Positions 53,087-63,082 of a stretch of DNA of 64,000 nucleotides are shown here, one piece after another. Source of the DNA: Planctomycetota bacterium (GTDB taxonomy: Bacteria > Planctomycetota > UBA1135); contig SHNF01000006.1 of the NCBI GenBank assembly GCA_004295085.1, forward strand, positions 93,818 through 157,817, written 5' to 3'. The translations under genes and the position numbers were made by a program. Under the pieces are notes generated by a model. That model did not search any database. It was not told where the DNA came from and worked only from the letters and a program-made list of their open reading frames with translations. Each line of letters begins with the position of its first letter. Positions within the stretch are counted from its first letter, which is position 1.

Positions 53087-54330
53087 CCACCCAAGCTGGA
53101 ATTGCCCTCCGCCGGTCCTGCGTGGCCAAGGGCTTCCCCTTTCTTCATCAGCGCCTCGCGCGTGGCAGCGGTCCGCTCGGCCACGATCACGTGCGCTCGA
53201 GCGAAAGCGCGCAGCCGGAGCTCTTGAAGCTCCTTGTCCTCCTTCTGTTCGCCTCGCGCAATGCTCTCGCGGAGCGACTTTTCCTCGGCGGCATACCGCT
53301 CCAACTGCTCGCGGCCCTGCGCCTTGGCCCGGGCCACCGCCGTGTTGTAGGCCTGAACCGCCTGGTCGTTCCGCTGGGCTTGCGCCAAGGCATCGCCCAG
53401 CAGTTCCCAGTAGGCGTGGGCCGGCTGCGCACAGCCTGGGCAAGGTGCCTGGCCCGTCTCGGTACACGCCGAGCAAGGCTGGACAAACTTGCGCCTGCCC
53501 TGACAAAGGGGGCAAGTCACTTCGCCGCTGGTGCAGTTCGCACAGTCGATCGTTCCCTTGCGCTTGCACTGCTTGCATGGCTCGGAAGTCGTCTGAGTGA
53601 ATATGGGTATCGTCCTGCCGGAGCCCCCGCAGTCCCTGCACCCCACTTTCCCGGTGCCCTGGCATGGGCTGCAATCCGACCTGCCGCGGACGTTGCAGTT
53701 GTGACACTGGATCTCTTTCTTGCCCTGCGCATCACAGCGCGCGCAAGGCACGGCACCCTTACCATCGCACACTCCACAGGTGGAAGCCGACGGCAGGACA
53801 CCGGCCGCGGGTCCCTTTAGCTGCCCACTCGACGCGCAGTAGTCGCAGGGCCCGGAAATGCGTCCGTTGCCCTTGCACGCTGCACACTGCGTGCTGCCGA
53901 CGCGGTCGCAGCGCACGCACGGTACGAGTGCATCTCCCTTGCACGAGAGGCATTGGTTCGCATTGTGCGTGTTTTCGATCATCTGTCCGAAGGGGCCGCA
54001 AACGTGGCACATCCGATAGCCTCGTTTCGGCGATCCGAGAAAATAGATCCCGCTGCGGGATTGCTTCGCTTTCATGTCCTCGTAGATGAGCTCAAGGAGC
54101 ACATCGTCGACAAGCCTGTCCGTGGATCGAAACCAGGTCTCTGCGCCACAGTACGGGCAATCCAGCCTTCCCTTGCCGTCGCATTCCCGGCATGCCGTCG
54201 ACGCCTTGCCGTCGCCTTCGCATCTCGGACAAGGGAAGGTCTCCAGCTGCTCAGCAGTGAGCAACCCGGGAGAATCGGCTCCTTGCTGGAAAACCGGCGA
54301 GCAACCCAGGAACAACGCAGTGAGAATCAT
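53083..54330 (-). CDS. Lipoprotein with an array of 18 CxxC (DnaJ-type CxxCxGxG-like) motifs and a coiled-coil/TPR-like tail
   Basis: Lipobox MILTALFLGCS. Motifs include CPRCEGDG, CRECDGKG, CAACKGNG, CGVCDGKG, CSPCQGTG and CRDCGGSG, 18 CxxC in total. The C-terminal roughly 110 aa are helical and rich in Ala/Glu/Arg/Lys. Confidence 0.65.
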   Translation of the reverse strand: MILTALFLGCSPVFQQGADSPGLLTAEQLETFPCPRCEGDGKASTACRECDGKGRLDCPYCGAETWFRSTDRLVDDVLLELIYEDMKAKQSRSGIYFLGSPKRGYRMCHVCGPFGQMIENTHNANQCLSCKGDALVPCVRCDRVGSTQCAACKGNGRISGPCDYCASSGQLKGPAAGVLPSASTCGVCDGKGAVPCARCDAQGKKEIQCHNCNVRGRSDCSPCQGTGKVGCRDCGGSGRTIPIFTQTTSEPCKQCKRKGTIDCANCTSGEVTCPLCQGRRKFVQPCSACTETGQAPCPGCAQPAHAYWELLGDALAQAQRNDQAVQAYNTAVARAKAQGREQLERYAAEEKSLRESIARGEQKEDKELQELRLRAFARAHVIVAERTAATREALMKKGEALGHAGPAEGNSSLGG

Positions 54331-54562
54331 GGCAGTGTTCTTGCCATTCTAACACCCTTGGGTCGTGCAGGGTTGCCAACCTGGCGGATCCAGAAGAGTG
54401 ATCTGCGGATCCGGTCTCAGAACGGCGGTGGCCGATCGGATTCGTTCATCGCACAACCAAAGTGCATAAGCACGATAGTTTACAATCGGACTCACAAAGG
54501 CAGGCCTGAGGCGAACTTGCGGCAGGCAGCCAATGACTTCCGAGGCGATACTCTCAGGCCCA

Positions 54563-56245
54563 ATGAAACAACTCGGCTGGCTCTTGCTCGCTGTGCTTCC
54601 AGGTTGCGTCGCCGGCAGCCTGAACGAGCGGGCCTTCTATCCGCAGGCCGAGTTCCGGCTGGTGCCGGAAGACCTGAATCTCGAGGCCGAGGCCTTCGTG
54701 GTGCCCGTGGAGGGCGCGCTGCTGCACGCCTGGCGCTTCCGCGCGCCGGAGAGCGGCGGCGATGTCCTGGTGGTCTGCGGCGGCAACTCGGACAACAAGG
54801 AGCTGTTCCTGCCGCTGGCGCGCGGCGTGGTGGACGCGGGGCTGGACGTGGTGCTCTTCGACGCCCGCGGCTTCGGACTGAGCACCGGCGAGCCGGACCT
54901 GTGGTCGCTGGTGCCGGACGGCGCTGCGGTGCTGCAGCGAGTGTGCGCCGATCCGGCCACGCGCCACGTCGCCGTCTTCGGCGTCTCCCTCGGCTCGCCG
55001 GTGGCCCTGGCGGTGGCGGACCGCATGGCGGAGCGGATCGACGCCGTGGTGGTCGAGAGTCTGCTCGTGCCGCGGCACGCGCTCGCGCAGGAGATCGGCG
55101 GCTTCGCGGCCTTCCTGACCGGCTGGGCCGTGATCCCGGCCGGCTTCGACGTTGCGGACCATGCGCGCGAGCTGGAGCAGCCGGTCCTCTTCGTGCACGG
55201 CGCCGAGGACGAGCTGACGGAGCTGGAGCCGGCGGCGCAGGTCTTCGCCGCCGCGCGCACCGCGCGGGCTCCGCGCGCCATCTGGATCGCGGCGGACGCC
55301 GGACACGCGCCCGGCATCGCCGGGTTGTACGGGGGGGAGTACCTGGCGCAACTGATGCGCTTCCTGGAAGCCGCGCTGCGCGGCGCTCCCGACCACGCGC
55401 GGGTCGAAGTCGACTGGAACGCGCCGCAGGAGAGCGCGGTGGTCGAGCTCGGTCCCGACGCCGTCGCGCACACGCCGGTCGAGATCACCCTGGTCCGCGA
55501 GCTCGCCGGGCCGCTGAGCGCGCGCGTGTTCGCCGACCCCGGGCACGCCACGGCTGTCCCTTTCCCGGGCGCCGGCGCGGTCATCGGCGCCTTTGGCAAC
55601 GTGCCCGCCGGCGAGGTGGCGAAGCGCGCCGACGGCGGCTGGGAGCGCGCGGCTCCGGAGCTGGAAGCGGAGCGCGCCTGCCTGGCGCTGGAGGAATGGG
55701 CCTACGAGCGGCTCGGCTACGGCAAGCTGCTGCGCGTCGGCGACGTGCGCGTTTTCTACCGCTTCGGGGAGGAGCCGGCGCCGGAGCAGCTGGCCGCCGC
55801 CTGCGCGGAGGCGCGCGCGCGCCTGGAGGAGACGGAAGAGGGCGGGCTGCCACCCGACGTTCAGATGGCGCGGGCCGAGCTCTGGCGCGCGCTGGCCCGC
55901 CGCTGCGTCGAGCTCGGCGACGAGTCCGGCGCCGGTGCCGCGATCGAGCGGGCACTCGCCCTGTTCCCCGCCGATCCCTTCGCGGCCGTGCGCTACGGCG
56001 ATGCCAGCTGGCAGCTCGGCGTCCGGATGGACGATCTCGCCGCCGACGTGGAGGCGGTGGCCGGGCTCATCAGAGACGCCGACCGCCGCGCCGAGCTGCA
56101 GCGGATGGCGGAAGGTTGGCGCGAGGTCCAGCAGGAGCGCGACCTCTGGCTGGAGGACTGGCTGGCGCGCCAGCGCGCCGAGCGCGACCGGCTGGCCACC
56201 GCGGCGGGAGCCTCAGTCTCCGAAGCGGAAGGTCGTCCGCAGTAG
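54563..56245 (+). CDS. Lipoprotein alpha/beta-hydrolase with C-terminal helical domain
   Basis: Lipobox LLLAVLPGC, GxSxG nucleophile elbow GVSLGS, ...FVHGAEDE..., ...DAGHA..., then a roughly 250-aa helical extension. Confidence 0.7.
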   Translation: MKQLGWLLLAVLPGCVAGSLNERAFYPQAEFRLVPEDLNLEAEAFVVPVEGALLHAWRFRAPESGGDVLVVCGGNSDNKELFLPLARGVVDAGLDVVLFDARGFGLSTGEPDLWSLVPDGAAVLQRVCADPATRHVAVFGVSLGSPVALAVADRMAERIDAVVVESLLVPRHALAQEIGGFAAFLTGWAVIPAGFDVADHARELEQPVLFVHGAEDELTELEPAAQVFAAARTARAPRAIWIAADAGHAPGIAGLYGGEYLAQLMRFLEAALRGAPDHARVEVDWNAPQESAVVELGPDAVAHTPVEITLVRELAGPLSARVFADPGHATAVPFPGAGAVIGAFGNVPAGEVAKRADGGWERAAPELEAERACLALEEWAYERLGYGKLLRVGDVRVFYRFGEEPAPEQLAAACAEARARLEETEEGGLPPDVQMARAELWRALARRCVELGDESGAGAAIERALALFPADPFAAVRYGDASWQLGVRMDDLAADVEAVAGLIRDADRRAELQRMAEGWREVQQERDLWLEDWLARQRAERDRLATAAGASVSEAEGRPQ

Positions 56246-56923
56246 TTCGAGCGCGCGTCCGGTTTCGGCACTCTGGCCGGGGTAGGGCGGCTGCGGTACG
56301 CCCAACTGGACGAGCAGGGGCTCGATGTGTGTCTGCCCTGCCGGCTCGAAGGTGCTCTGGATCATCAGCAGCCAGCCGCTTCCGCTCTGCTCGAAGCCGT
56401 ACACCTCCTGGACCATCTCGGCCTCCCAGCCGTGAAGGCCGCCGATGTGCTGGTCGAAGGCGCGGCCAGTGAGCGTCCGCCCGCCCAGTGTGATCGCCGA
56501 CTCGCGGACGTTGCGCGCGCCGGAGCCCTCCGCGGCCTGGACGTAGCGCTCGACCACCTCGGCCGGCTCCTCCGCGTGGCGCTGCAGGTGGATCATCGTG
56601 GTCTGGCCGGTGACCGAGCACCATCCCTCGCGGCTGCCGAGCGCGCCCAGGAAGGCGAACTCGCGCGGGTACTCGAAGGCGAAGGCGCCGGAGACGCGCA
56701 GCATCCGGGTAGGAAGCGCCTCGAGCAGGTAGGTCGGCCCCTCCGGCCGCGGCCGGAGCGCGTGCCCTTCCTCGAGCTCGATCACCTCCTCGCCGATCGT
56801 CAGCCTGAAGCGGAGCGGAGGCTCTGCGGTCGTGGCTTCAGGAGCAGGGTCCTGGAGCACCAGGAAGGGCGCGAGAGCCAGCAGTCGCAGGACCTGCATG
56901 ATGGCATGCAAACGACGCGCCAT
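56213..56923 (-). CDS. Secreted hypothetical protein
   Basis: Signal-like MQVLRLLALAPFLVLQ. Ordinary composition. Convergent 33-nt overlap with the hydrolase gene. Confidence 0.45.
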   Translation of the reverse strand: MARRLHAIMQVLRLLALAPFLVLQDPAPEATTAEPPLRFRLTIGEEVIELEEGHALRPRPEGPTYLLEALPTRMLRVSGAFAFEYPREFAFLGALGSREGWCSVTGQTTMIHLQRHAEEPAEVVERYVQAAEGSGARNVRESAITLGGRTLTGRAFDQHIGGLHGWEAEMVQEVYGFEQSGSGWLLMIQSTFEPAGQTHIEPLLVQLGVPQPPYPGQSAETGRALELLRTTFRFGD

Positions 56924-57003
56924 GCCCTTGTTTGGCGGAACTCCGCCAGGTCAGGTACAGGCTGAGCCGCGGATAGCCTTCGGGCGGATTGCCGACCATG
57001 ACA

Positions 57004-58272
57004 TCAGCCTTCCTTGCGCATACGGCCGGCTTCCTTCTTCACCTGCGCCATCAGCTTGCCGATCAGCTGGTCGCGGCGCTCGTACAGACGGTAGCCTTCG
57101 GGCGGGCGCAGATAGCCGCGCGCCTCCGGGTGTCGCTGGAACAGCTTCTTCTCGCCCAGCTCGGCGGCCAGGCGCTCGAAGCGGGCGCGCTTGTCGAGCA
57201 GCGCCTTCACCACGAACGGCATCACGACCGAGTAATCGGCGTGCATGCTCTCGGTGGTCCGCCGGTAGTGGTCCTTGTCCACCTTGCCCCAGGTGACGGC
57301 CTCGGCCGGCGGGCAGCTGCTGAGTGAGCCGTCGTGCACCGGCGCGGTCGTGATCTGGACGTCGTAGAGGTAGCCGGAGATGTCGCGGAAGCCGAAGACC
57401 TGGCTGAGGGCGGGCTCCGGCTGCAGGTTGAAGTTCTTGGGCACGCCGCCGCCGAGGATCAAGGTGCCGAGCGCCTTGGTCTCGCTCTCGAACAGACCCC
57501 AGCGGTGGTAGGCGCAGGACTCGAAGACCTCAAGGTTCAGGTCCAGCTCGAAGGCAAAAGGGTCGCCGGCGGCCTCGCGCAGGGCCCACAGGCGCACCGA
57601 GTTCAGGAAGATCGAGCCGTCGGCGGGCGCGCCGACGAACACCGGGATCGCTTTGCGCGCGCACAGCGCCATCAGCCCCTCGCGCACGCCGCGCTCCTGC
57701 TCCAGTTGCGCGTAGTGGCGCCCCAGCAGGTGGCGGAACTCGGTGCCGCTCATCTTGCGCTGGAACTCAGGAAGGCGCAGAAGCCGGCGAATGAACTTGT
57801 CCTGCTCCAGCAGCAGGTCCTCGGGAAAGCCGATGTCCGTCACCCGGATGACGGCTTCGTCGCGCAAGGCGCCGTCGTCGCCGTGGATCGGCACTTCCCG
57901 GAAGGCCTCCGCCGGCTTCTCGCTGAGCGCGCGGTGACCGTCGTGATAGCAGACCGCGTCGGTGGTGCTGAGCAGCATGAACCAGCCGGTGTCGAGCAGC
58001 GGGTTCAGCCAGGCGTAGTGCTGCCCGGAGACGGTGACCGGCCCGGAGACGGCCAGGGTCATGGGCAGCCCCTTGCCGACGGCCTCGTCCAGCAGGGTCC
58101 AGACGCGCCGCAGGTAGGCCCCGCCGAAGGCCGGCAGGCTGTCGCGGAAGAGCTGCTCGAGCTCGTCCGCCGCGGTCACCGGGCGGTTCACCAGCGCCGG
58201 CTGGCGATGGAAGCCGCGACCCTCGGGCCGCTCGTGGCCGCCGGAGCGCTGATCCTGCCGCGTGGGAGCCAT
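57004..58272 (-). CDS. Deoxyhypusine synthase-family (DHS-like) protein
   Basis: ...MTLAVSGPV..., ...LSTTDAVCYHD..., ...ILGGGVPKNF... and ...EAVTWGKV... are collinear with the deoxyhypusine/homospermidine synthase-like family. Confidence 0.7.
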   Translation of the reverse strand: MAPTRQDQRSGGHERPEGRGFHRQPALVNRPVTAADELEQLFRDSLPAFGGAYLRRVWTLLDEAVGKGLPMTLAVSGPVTVSGQHYAWLNPLLDTGWFMLLSTTDAVCYHDGHRALSEKPAEAFREVPIHGDDGALRDEAVIRVTDIGFPEDLLLEQDKFIRRLLRLPEFQRKMSGTEFRHLLGRHYAQLEQERGVREGLMALCARKAIPVFVGAPADGSIFLNSVRLWALREAAGDPFAFELDLNLEVFESCAYHRWGLFESETKALGTLILGGGVPKNFNLQPEPALSQVFGFRDISGYLYDVQITTAPVHDGSLSSCPPAEAVTWGKVDKDHYRRTTESMHADYSVVMPFVVKALLDKRARFERLAAELGEKKLFQRHPEARGYLRPPEGYRLYERRDQLIGKLMAQVKKEAGRMRKEG

Positions 58273-58304
58273 GGGGCCGGGGATTGTAGGCCCGGCGCCG
58301 CGGG

Positions 58305-60122
58305 CTACACGCGGAAGCGCCCGCGCGGGCGGCGGCGCAGCGCTGCGGCGCTCTCGGGCGCGTGCGCGCGGAGCTGAGCACGCTGCAGGCGCCGCGCGCG
58401 CTCGCCCTTGGGCACGAACAGGGGCTTCAGATCGGGGCCCAGCCCGGTGTAGTACATCGCCGTCGCCAGGGTGGTCGGCGTCGGCATGAAATCCTGCACC
58501 TGCTGCAGCCGGTAGCGGCGCTCCTCCAGCCAGTCCGCCTGGCTATCCATCTTCTCCGGCGTCGAGCCCGGATGGCTGCTGATGAAATAGGGGATCAGGT
58601 ACTGCTCCTTCCCGGCCTGCTTCGACTCCGCCTCGAAGGAGAGGCGGAACTGCTCGTACTCCTCGATCGGCGGCTTCTTCATCAGCCGCAGCACTTCCGG
58701 ATCCGTGTGCTCGGGCGCCACGCTGAGCTGGCCGCCGACGTGGTGCGCCGCCAGCTCGCGGATGTACTCGGGCGAACGGTTGGCGAGGTCGTAGCGCACC
58801 CCCGAGGCCACGAAGACCTTCTTGATGCCTTCCTTGCGGCGCAGCCGGCGCAGGAGGTCGATCTGCGGCGCGTGGTCCGTGTCGAGCAGCTTGCAGACCT
58901 TCGGCCAGACGCAGGAGCTGCGCTTGCAGATCTTCTCCACCTCGGGCTTGCTGCAGGCCATCCGGTACATGTTGGCGGTGGGCCCGCCGAGGTCGCTGAT
59001 GACGCCGGTGAAGCCCGGCAGCTTCTGGATCTGCTCGACCTCGCGCAGCACCGACTCCGGGCTGCGCGACACCACCTTGCGTCCCTGGTGCAGCGTGATG
59101 GCGCAAAACGTGCAGCCGCCGAAGCAGCCGCGCGTGTTGGCCATGCTGAAGCGGATCATCTCCCAGGCCGGGATGCCCTCGCGGTAGTCCGGGTGCGGCA
59201 TCCGGGTGTAGGGGAGCTCGTGCACGCGGTCGAACTGCGCCGTGCTCATGGGCTCGGCCGGCGGGTAGATCCAGACCGCGCGCTCGCCATGGCGCTGGAC
59301 GAGGAGGGGCGAGTTGAGCGGGTTCGACTCCTTCTCGATCAGGAGCGCAGCCCGCATGAACGCGGCCTTGTCGGCGCTGACCTCCTCGAAGGAAGGCAGC
59401 TCGATGTGCGGCACCGGCAGGGCCGTGGCCGAAGGCTTCACGACCGCTGTGCCGCGGATGCCGTCCAGGGTCGGGTGCAGACACTTCGGATCCGCTCCGG
59501 CGCGCACCCAGCCGTGGATCCGCCGCGCGATCTCCTCGGTCGTGCCTTCCCCGTTGCCGTGCACCAGGATGTCGGCCTTGGCGTCCAGCAGCCAGCTCTT
59601 GCGCAGCTTGTCCGACCAGTAGTCGTAGTGGGCGAAGCGGCGCAGCGAGGCTTCGACGCCGCCGATCACGAGCGGCAGGCCCGGAAAGGCCTCGCGCACG
59701 CGGTTGGCGTACACCAGGACCGCCCGGTCGGGGCGCAGGCCGCCCTTGCCTCCCGGCGAGTACATGTCGAAGTTGCGGAAGCGCCGCCGCGCCGTGTAGT
59801 TGCTGACCATGGAGTCCATGGCTCCGGCGGTGATGCCGGCGAACAGGCGCGGGCGCCCGAACTCCCGGAAGGGATCGGCGGACTGCCAGTCCGGCTGGGC
59901 CAGGATGCTGACGCGATGACCCTCGGCCTCCAGGATCCGTCCCAGCATGGCCATGCCGAAGCTCGGGTGGTCGATGTAGGCGTCGCCGGTCACCAGCAGG
60001 ACGTCGATCGCGTCCCAACCACGCGCCGCCATGTCAGCCCGGGATACCGGCAGGAACAGCCTGCGATCGGCGGCCGGCGGCGGCGGGGAGACCTTGCGTT
60101 GCGACGGCATGGCGGGGCTCAA
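58305..60122 (-). CDS. ygiQ: YgiQ-family (UPF0313) radical SAM protein
   Basis: The N-terminus [36 protein letters not shown] matches the YgiQ N-terminal domain. The radical-SAM cluster region reads [12 protein letters not shown]. Confidence 0.8.
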   Translation of the reverse strand: MSPAMPSQRKVSPPPPAADRRLFLPVSRADMAARGWDAIDVLLVTGDAYIDHPSFGMAMLGRILEAEGHRVSILAQPDWQSADPFREFGRPRLFAGITAGAMDSMVSNYTARRRFRNFDMYSPGGKGGLRPDRAVLVYANRVREAFPGLPLVIGGVEASLRRFAHYDYWSDKLRKSWLLDAKADILVHGNGEGTTEEIARRIHGWVRAGADPKCLHPTLDGIRGTAVVKPSATALPVPHIELPSFEEVSADKAAFMRAALLIEKESNPLNSPLLVQRHGERAVWIYPPAEPMSTAQFDRVHELPYTRMPHPDYREGIPAWEMIRFSMANTRGCFGGCTFCAITLHQGRKVVSRSPESVLREVEQIQKLPGFTGVISDLGGPTANMYRMACSKPEVEKICKRSSCVWPKVCKLLDTDHAPQIDLLRRLRRKEGIKKVFVASGVRYDLANRSPEYIRELAAHHVGGQLSVAPEHTDPEVLRLMKKPPIEEYEQFRLSFEAESKQAGKEQYLIPYFISSHPGSTPEKMDSQADWLEERRYRLQQVQDFMPTPTTLATAMYYTGLGPDLKPLFVPKGERARRLQRAQLRAHAPESAAALRRRPRGRFRV

Positions 60123-60132
60123 CCCCGCGATT

Positions 60133-61308
60133 CTACGGCAGGAAGCTCTTGGGGTCCTTGAGCTTCTTCGGCAGGTATTCCTCGATCACGAAGTTGAGGC
60201 CCCACTTGGCGAAGGCCTGCTGCTCGGCGCGCACGCCCATCTTCATCAACTGCTGCAGCGCCTTGATCCAGCGCGGCTGGGCCTGGAAGAACGGGTCGTT
60301 CTTGATGGCGTCCTTGGCGCGCTTGACGTCCACGTCCAGCAGCGGGTGGGTGGCGTCCTGCAGGCCGAAATCCAGGATGTCCTGCGGGGTCACGCCCAGG
60401 AAGGTGGCGGTGGGCACGCAGAAGCGCGCGTTGACGTGCGCCGCCAGGCCGGAGCCCACCTTGAGCGTGCGGTAGATGTTGCAGATGCCGTAGGGGTCGC
60501 AGTCCACGAACGCGTACACCGGGAGCCGGAGCTGGTCGGCGACGCGGCGCACGAAGCGGCGCGTGGCGCGCGTGGGCACGCCGCCGGTCTCCACCAGGAT
60601 GCAGTTGGCGGTGCGCCACCAGCGGTGGTGGTTGAGGCGCTGGAACATGCCGCCGGTCTCGATGGCCAGCACGAAGCGGGCGCTGGTCTCCAGCCCCAGG
60701 TGGTCCACCGACGCCGGAATGGTGTAGGCGCCCGAGCCCATGCTGGCGCAGTCGGTGCGCAGCAGCTCGCCGGTCTCGGGATCGCGGTCGATGACGACCA
60801 GCGGTCCCACCACCGAGCCGCCGTGCTCCTCCGGGATGAAGCGCAGCTGCTCGCGGGTGACGTCGTGCAGCGCGAACATGCCCTCGATGTCGTCCAGCAC
60901 CGTGTCGGACTCGCGCTGCTCGTTGAACTTGGCCTCGGCCCAGTTCTTGGACACGTAATAGGCTTCCCGCTTGGTGGCGATGTCGTCCTTGGACACCATG
61001 TCCTTGGCCAGGGCCATGAGGCGCAGGGTCTGGGCGAAGGTCTTGACCGAGTTCACGTCCAGGGTGCGGGTCTTCTCGGCCTCGCCCATCTCGAAGAAGC
61101 CGACCTCGCGGTCGTAGGTCACGTTCTTGAGGTTGCGCTGCGGCATGGTCAGGCGCGGCAGCCGGCTCCTCTGGATGGTGTCGTAGACCCCGCGCGCCAC
61201 GGTCTCGATCTTGTCCAGCGCCACCTTGGCCAGCTGCGCGCTGTTCAGGTCCACCTTGGCTCCGCTGCCGCGCTTGCGGCCAGCCGCGTCGTCCTTGCGT
61301 GCCGCCAT
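60133..61308 (-). CDS. top6A: Type IIB DNA topoisomerase VI subunit A (Spo11/Top6A)
   Basis: Catalytic tyrosine context TKREAYYVS. The Toprim motifs are [10 protein letters not shown] (Glu) and AFVDCDPYG (DxD). Confidence 0.85.
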   Translation of the reverse strand: MAARKDDAAGRKRGSGAKVDLNSAQLAKVALDKIETVARGVYDTIQRSRLPRLTMPQRNLKNVTYDREVGFFEMGEAEKTRTLDVNSVKTFAQTLRLMALAKDMVSKDDIATKREAYYVSKNWAEAKFNEQRESDTVLDDIEGMFALHDVTREQLRFIPEEHGGSVVGPLVVIDRDPETGELLRTDCASMGSGAYTIPASVDHLGLETSARFVLAIETGGMFQRLNHHRWWRTANCILVETGGVPTRATRRFVRRVADQLRLPVYAFVDCDPYGICNIYRTLKVGSGLAAHVNARFCVPTATFLGVTPQDILDFGLQDATHPLLDVDVKRAKDAIKNDPFFQAQPRWIKALQQLMKMGVRAEQQAFAKWGLNFVIEEYLPKKLKDPKSFLP

Positions 61309-61309
61309 G

Positions 61310-62932
61310 TCAGACGCTCCGGCTCTTCTCCATGACCCCGCGCAGCTTCTCCACCGCCTCGTCGCGCTGGTCGCTGCTCAGGCCGAGGATCTCCTGCAGG
61401 CCGATGCCGACGTGCGGGAGGTACTTGTCGATGTAGCCGCGCTTCTGGTACTCGCTGGCGATGCGCCGGCCCTTGCGCACGTACGCGCCGAGCTTGCGCC
61501 CGGCGTCCATGAGGCCCAGGCGCAGCTCGCGGAGGATCTCCGGGTAGCCGGCGATCGCCTCCTTGGACTCGCTCGTGAACGGCACCCACACGCTGGCCAT
61601 GTGCACCAGCAGCAGCGCCGGGCCGACCGGCAGCGCGCCGCGCGGCTGCGCCAGTCCGTAGTTGCGCCAGCTCACGCCGATCACGGCCTTGGTGACGGCG
61701 CAGGCCGACTGCTGGTACAGCAGGGGCACGCGGTTGGCGAAGCGCAGCAGCCGCACCGGCTCGTCCGCGGCCGCGAGCAGCTCGTCGCTGTCGGCGGCCG
61801 GCTTCTTCTTCCTGCGCGCCAGGATGCGCCCGGTGGCCTCCTCCAGCTCCAGCTCGGGGCCGCCGGGCTTGCCCCAGGCGATGCCGACCTCGATCTGGAA
61901 GGGGTTGCCGCGGTACACGGCGGGCGGGCGCGTGCTCACCGCGTAGAACTCGGCGTCCACCTCCTTCTTCAGCCCTTCCAGGATCCGCTCCTCGCCGATG
62001 GGGGAGATGCAGTCCGTGGGCGGCGCGCTGATCTTGACCTGCTGGATGGCGCGGTACAGCTGGTCCGCCTCCTCGCGCGCGATGCGCGTCGGATAGCTGC
62101 GCTCGCCCAGCTTGGCGGCGCGGATGATCTCGTCGGCGACCTTGGAGCCGACCCGGCAGAACTCCTCCTGCAGGAAGCCGCTGAGCGTGCGGCTGCGCGT
62201 GTCGTGCAGCATCTTGATGAGCTGGCCCAGCTCCACGCCGTAGGGGTGCGGCCGGATCTCCGTCGAAGGCCGGGGAAGCTGGGTCGTGGCCCGCTCGAAC
62301 AGCCTGGTCTCGCCTTCTGGCGTCACGTACTCGATGCGGCAGTGGGGGTTGGCCACCGCGGTCTGCTTCAAGTAGTCGTCCACCGAGCGCGGGCCCTTCT
62401 GGTAGGTGCCTTCGAGCTCGATCTCGACGCGCGTGCCCTGCGGCTTGTTCCACTCCTGGACCTGGTCGCTGTCCACCGCCGTGATCGGGCGGTTCTTGGT
62501 CAGGTCCATGTGGATCTCCATGCGGTGGGCCGGCCCCTTGCGCGTCTTGCTCACGATGCGCAGGCCCTTGCCGGTGGTCATCTGCCCGTACATGCCGGCC
62601 GCGCTGATGCCGATGCCCTGCTGCCCGCGCGCCTGGCGCAGCCGGTGGAACTTGGAGCCGTACAGCAGCTGGCCGAAGATCCGCGGGATCTGATCCTTGA
62701 CGATGCCGGGGCCGTTGTCCTCCACGGCGATGCGGAAGCGGTCCTCCGCGAGCTGCTGGACCTCCACCCGGAGGTCGGGCGCGATCCCGGCTTCCTCGCA
62801 CGCGTCCAGCGAGTTGTCCACGGCCTCCTTGATGGCGGTGAGCAGGGCCTTGCGCGGATTGTCGAAGCCCAGCAGGTGGCGGTTCTTGGCGAAGAACTCG
62901 GAGACCGAGATCTCCTTCTGCTGCCGCCCCAT
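61310..62932 (-). CDS. top6B: Type IIB DNA topoisomerase VI subunit B (GHKL ATPase)
   Basis: Bergerat-fold boxes EAVDNSLDA, EDNGPGI and GQQGIGIS, plus a transducer domain. Its stop lies 1 nt before the top6A start. An alternative GTG start lies at 62965. Confidence 0.85.
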   Translation of the reverse strand: MGRQQKEISVSEFFAKNRHLLGFDNPRKALLTAIKEAVDNSLDACEEAGIAPDLRVEVQQLAEDRFRIAVEDNGPGIVKDQIPRIFGQLLYGSKFHRLRQARGQQGIGISAAGMYGQMTTGKGLRIVSKTRKGPAHRMEIHMDLTKNRPITAVDSDQVQEWNKPQGTRVEIELEGTYQKGPRSVDDYLKQTAVANPHCRIEYVTPEGETRLFERATTQLPRPSTEIRPHPYGVELGQLIKMLHDTRSRTLSGFLQEEFCRVGSKVADEIIRAAKLGERSYPTRIAREEADQLYRAIQQVKISAPPTDCISPIGEERILEGLKKEVDAEFYAVSTRPPAVYRGNPFQIEVGIAWGKPGGPELELEEATGRILARRKKKPAADSDELLAAADEPVRLLRFANRVPLLYQQSACAVTKAVIGVSWRNYGLAQPRGALPVGPALLLVHMASVWVPFTSESKEAIAGYPEILRELRLGLMDAGRKLGAYVRKGRRIASEYQKRGYIDKYLPHVGIGLQEILGLSSDQRDEAVEKLRGVMEKSRSV

Positions 62933-63082
62933 CTCTTCGGCGGTGAGTGCTCTGGTTGCGGCCACGTCGTGTTCGCAGGGAAACGGAAGCGGCGAATCTT
63001 CCCGTCCTGGCCCGGGAAATGCCAGCGCACGGCCCGCTAAACTGCGCCGGATGGCGCGTGCCCGGCACAAGGGGACAGGACC

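Noticed and set aside
54384-54412. Two GCGGATCC octamers 21 nt apart in the AT-richer intergenic region upstream of the hydrolase gene
   Set aside because: The repeat is short and each copy is mostly a GGATCC palindrome. There is no adjacent regulator gene, and it is too weak to call an operator.
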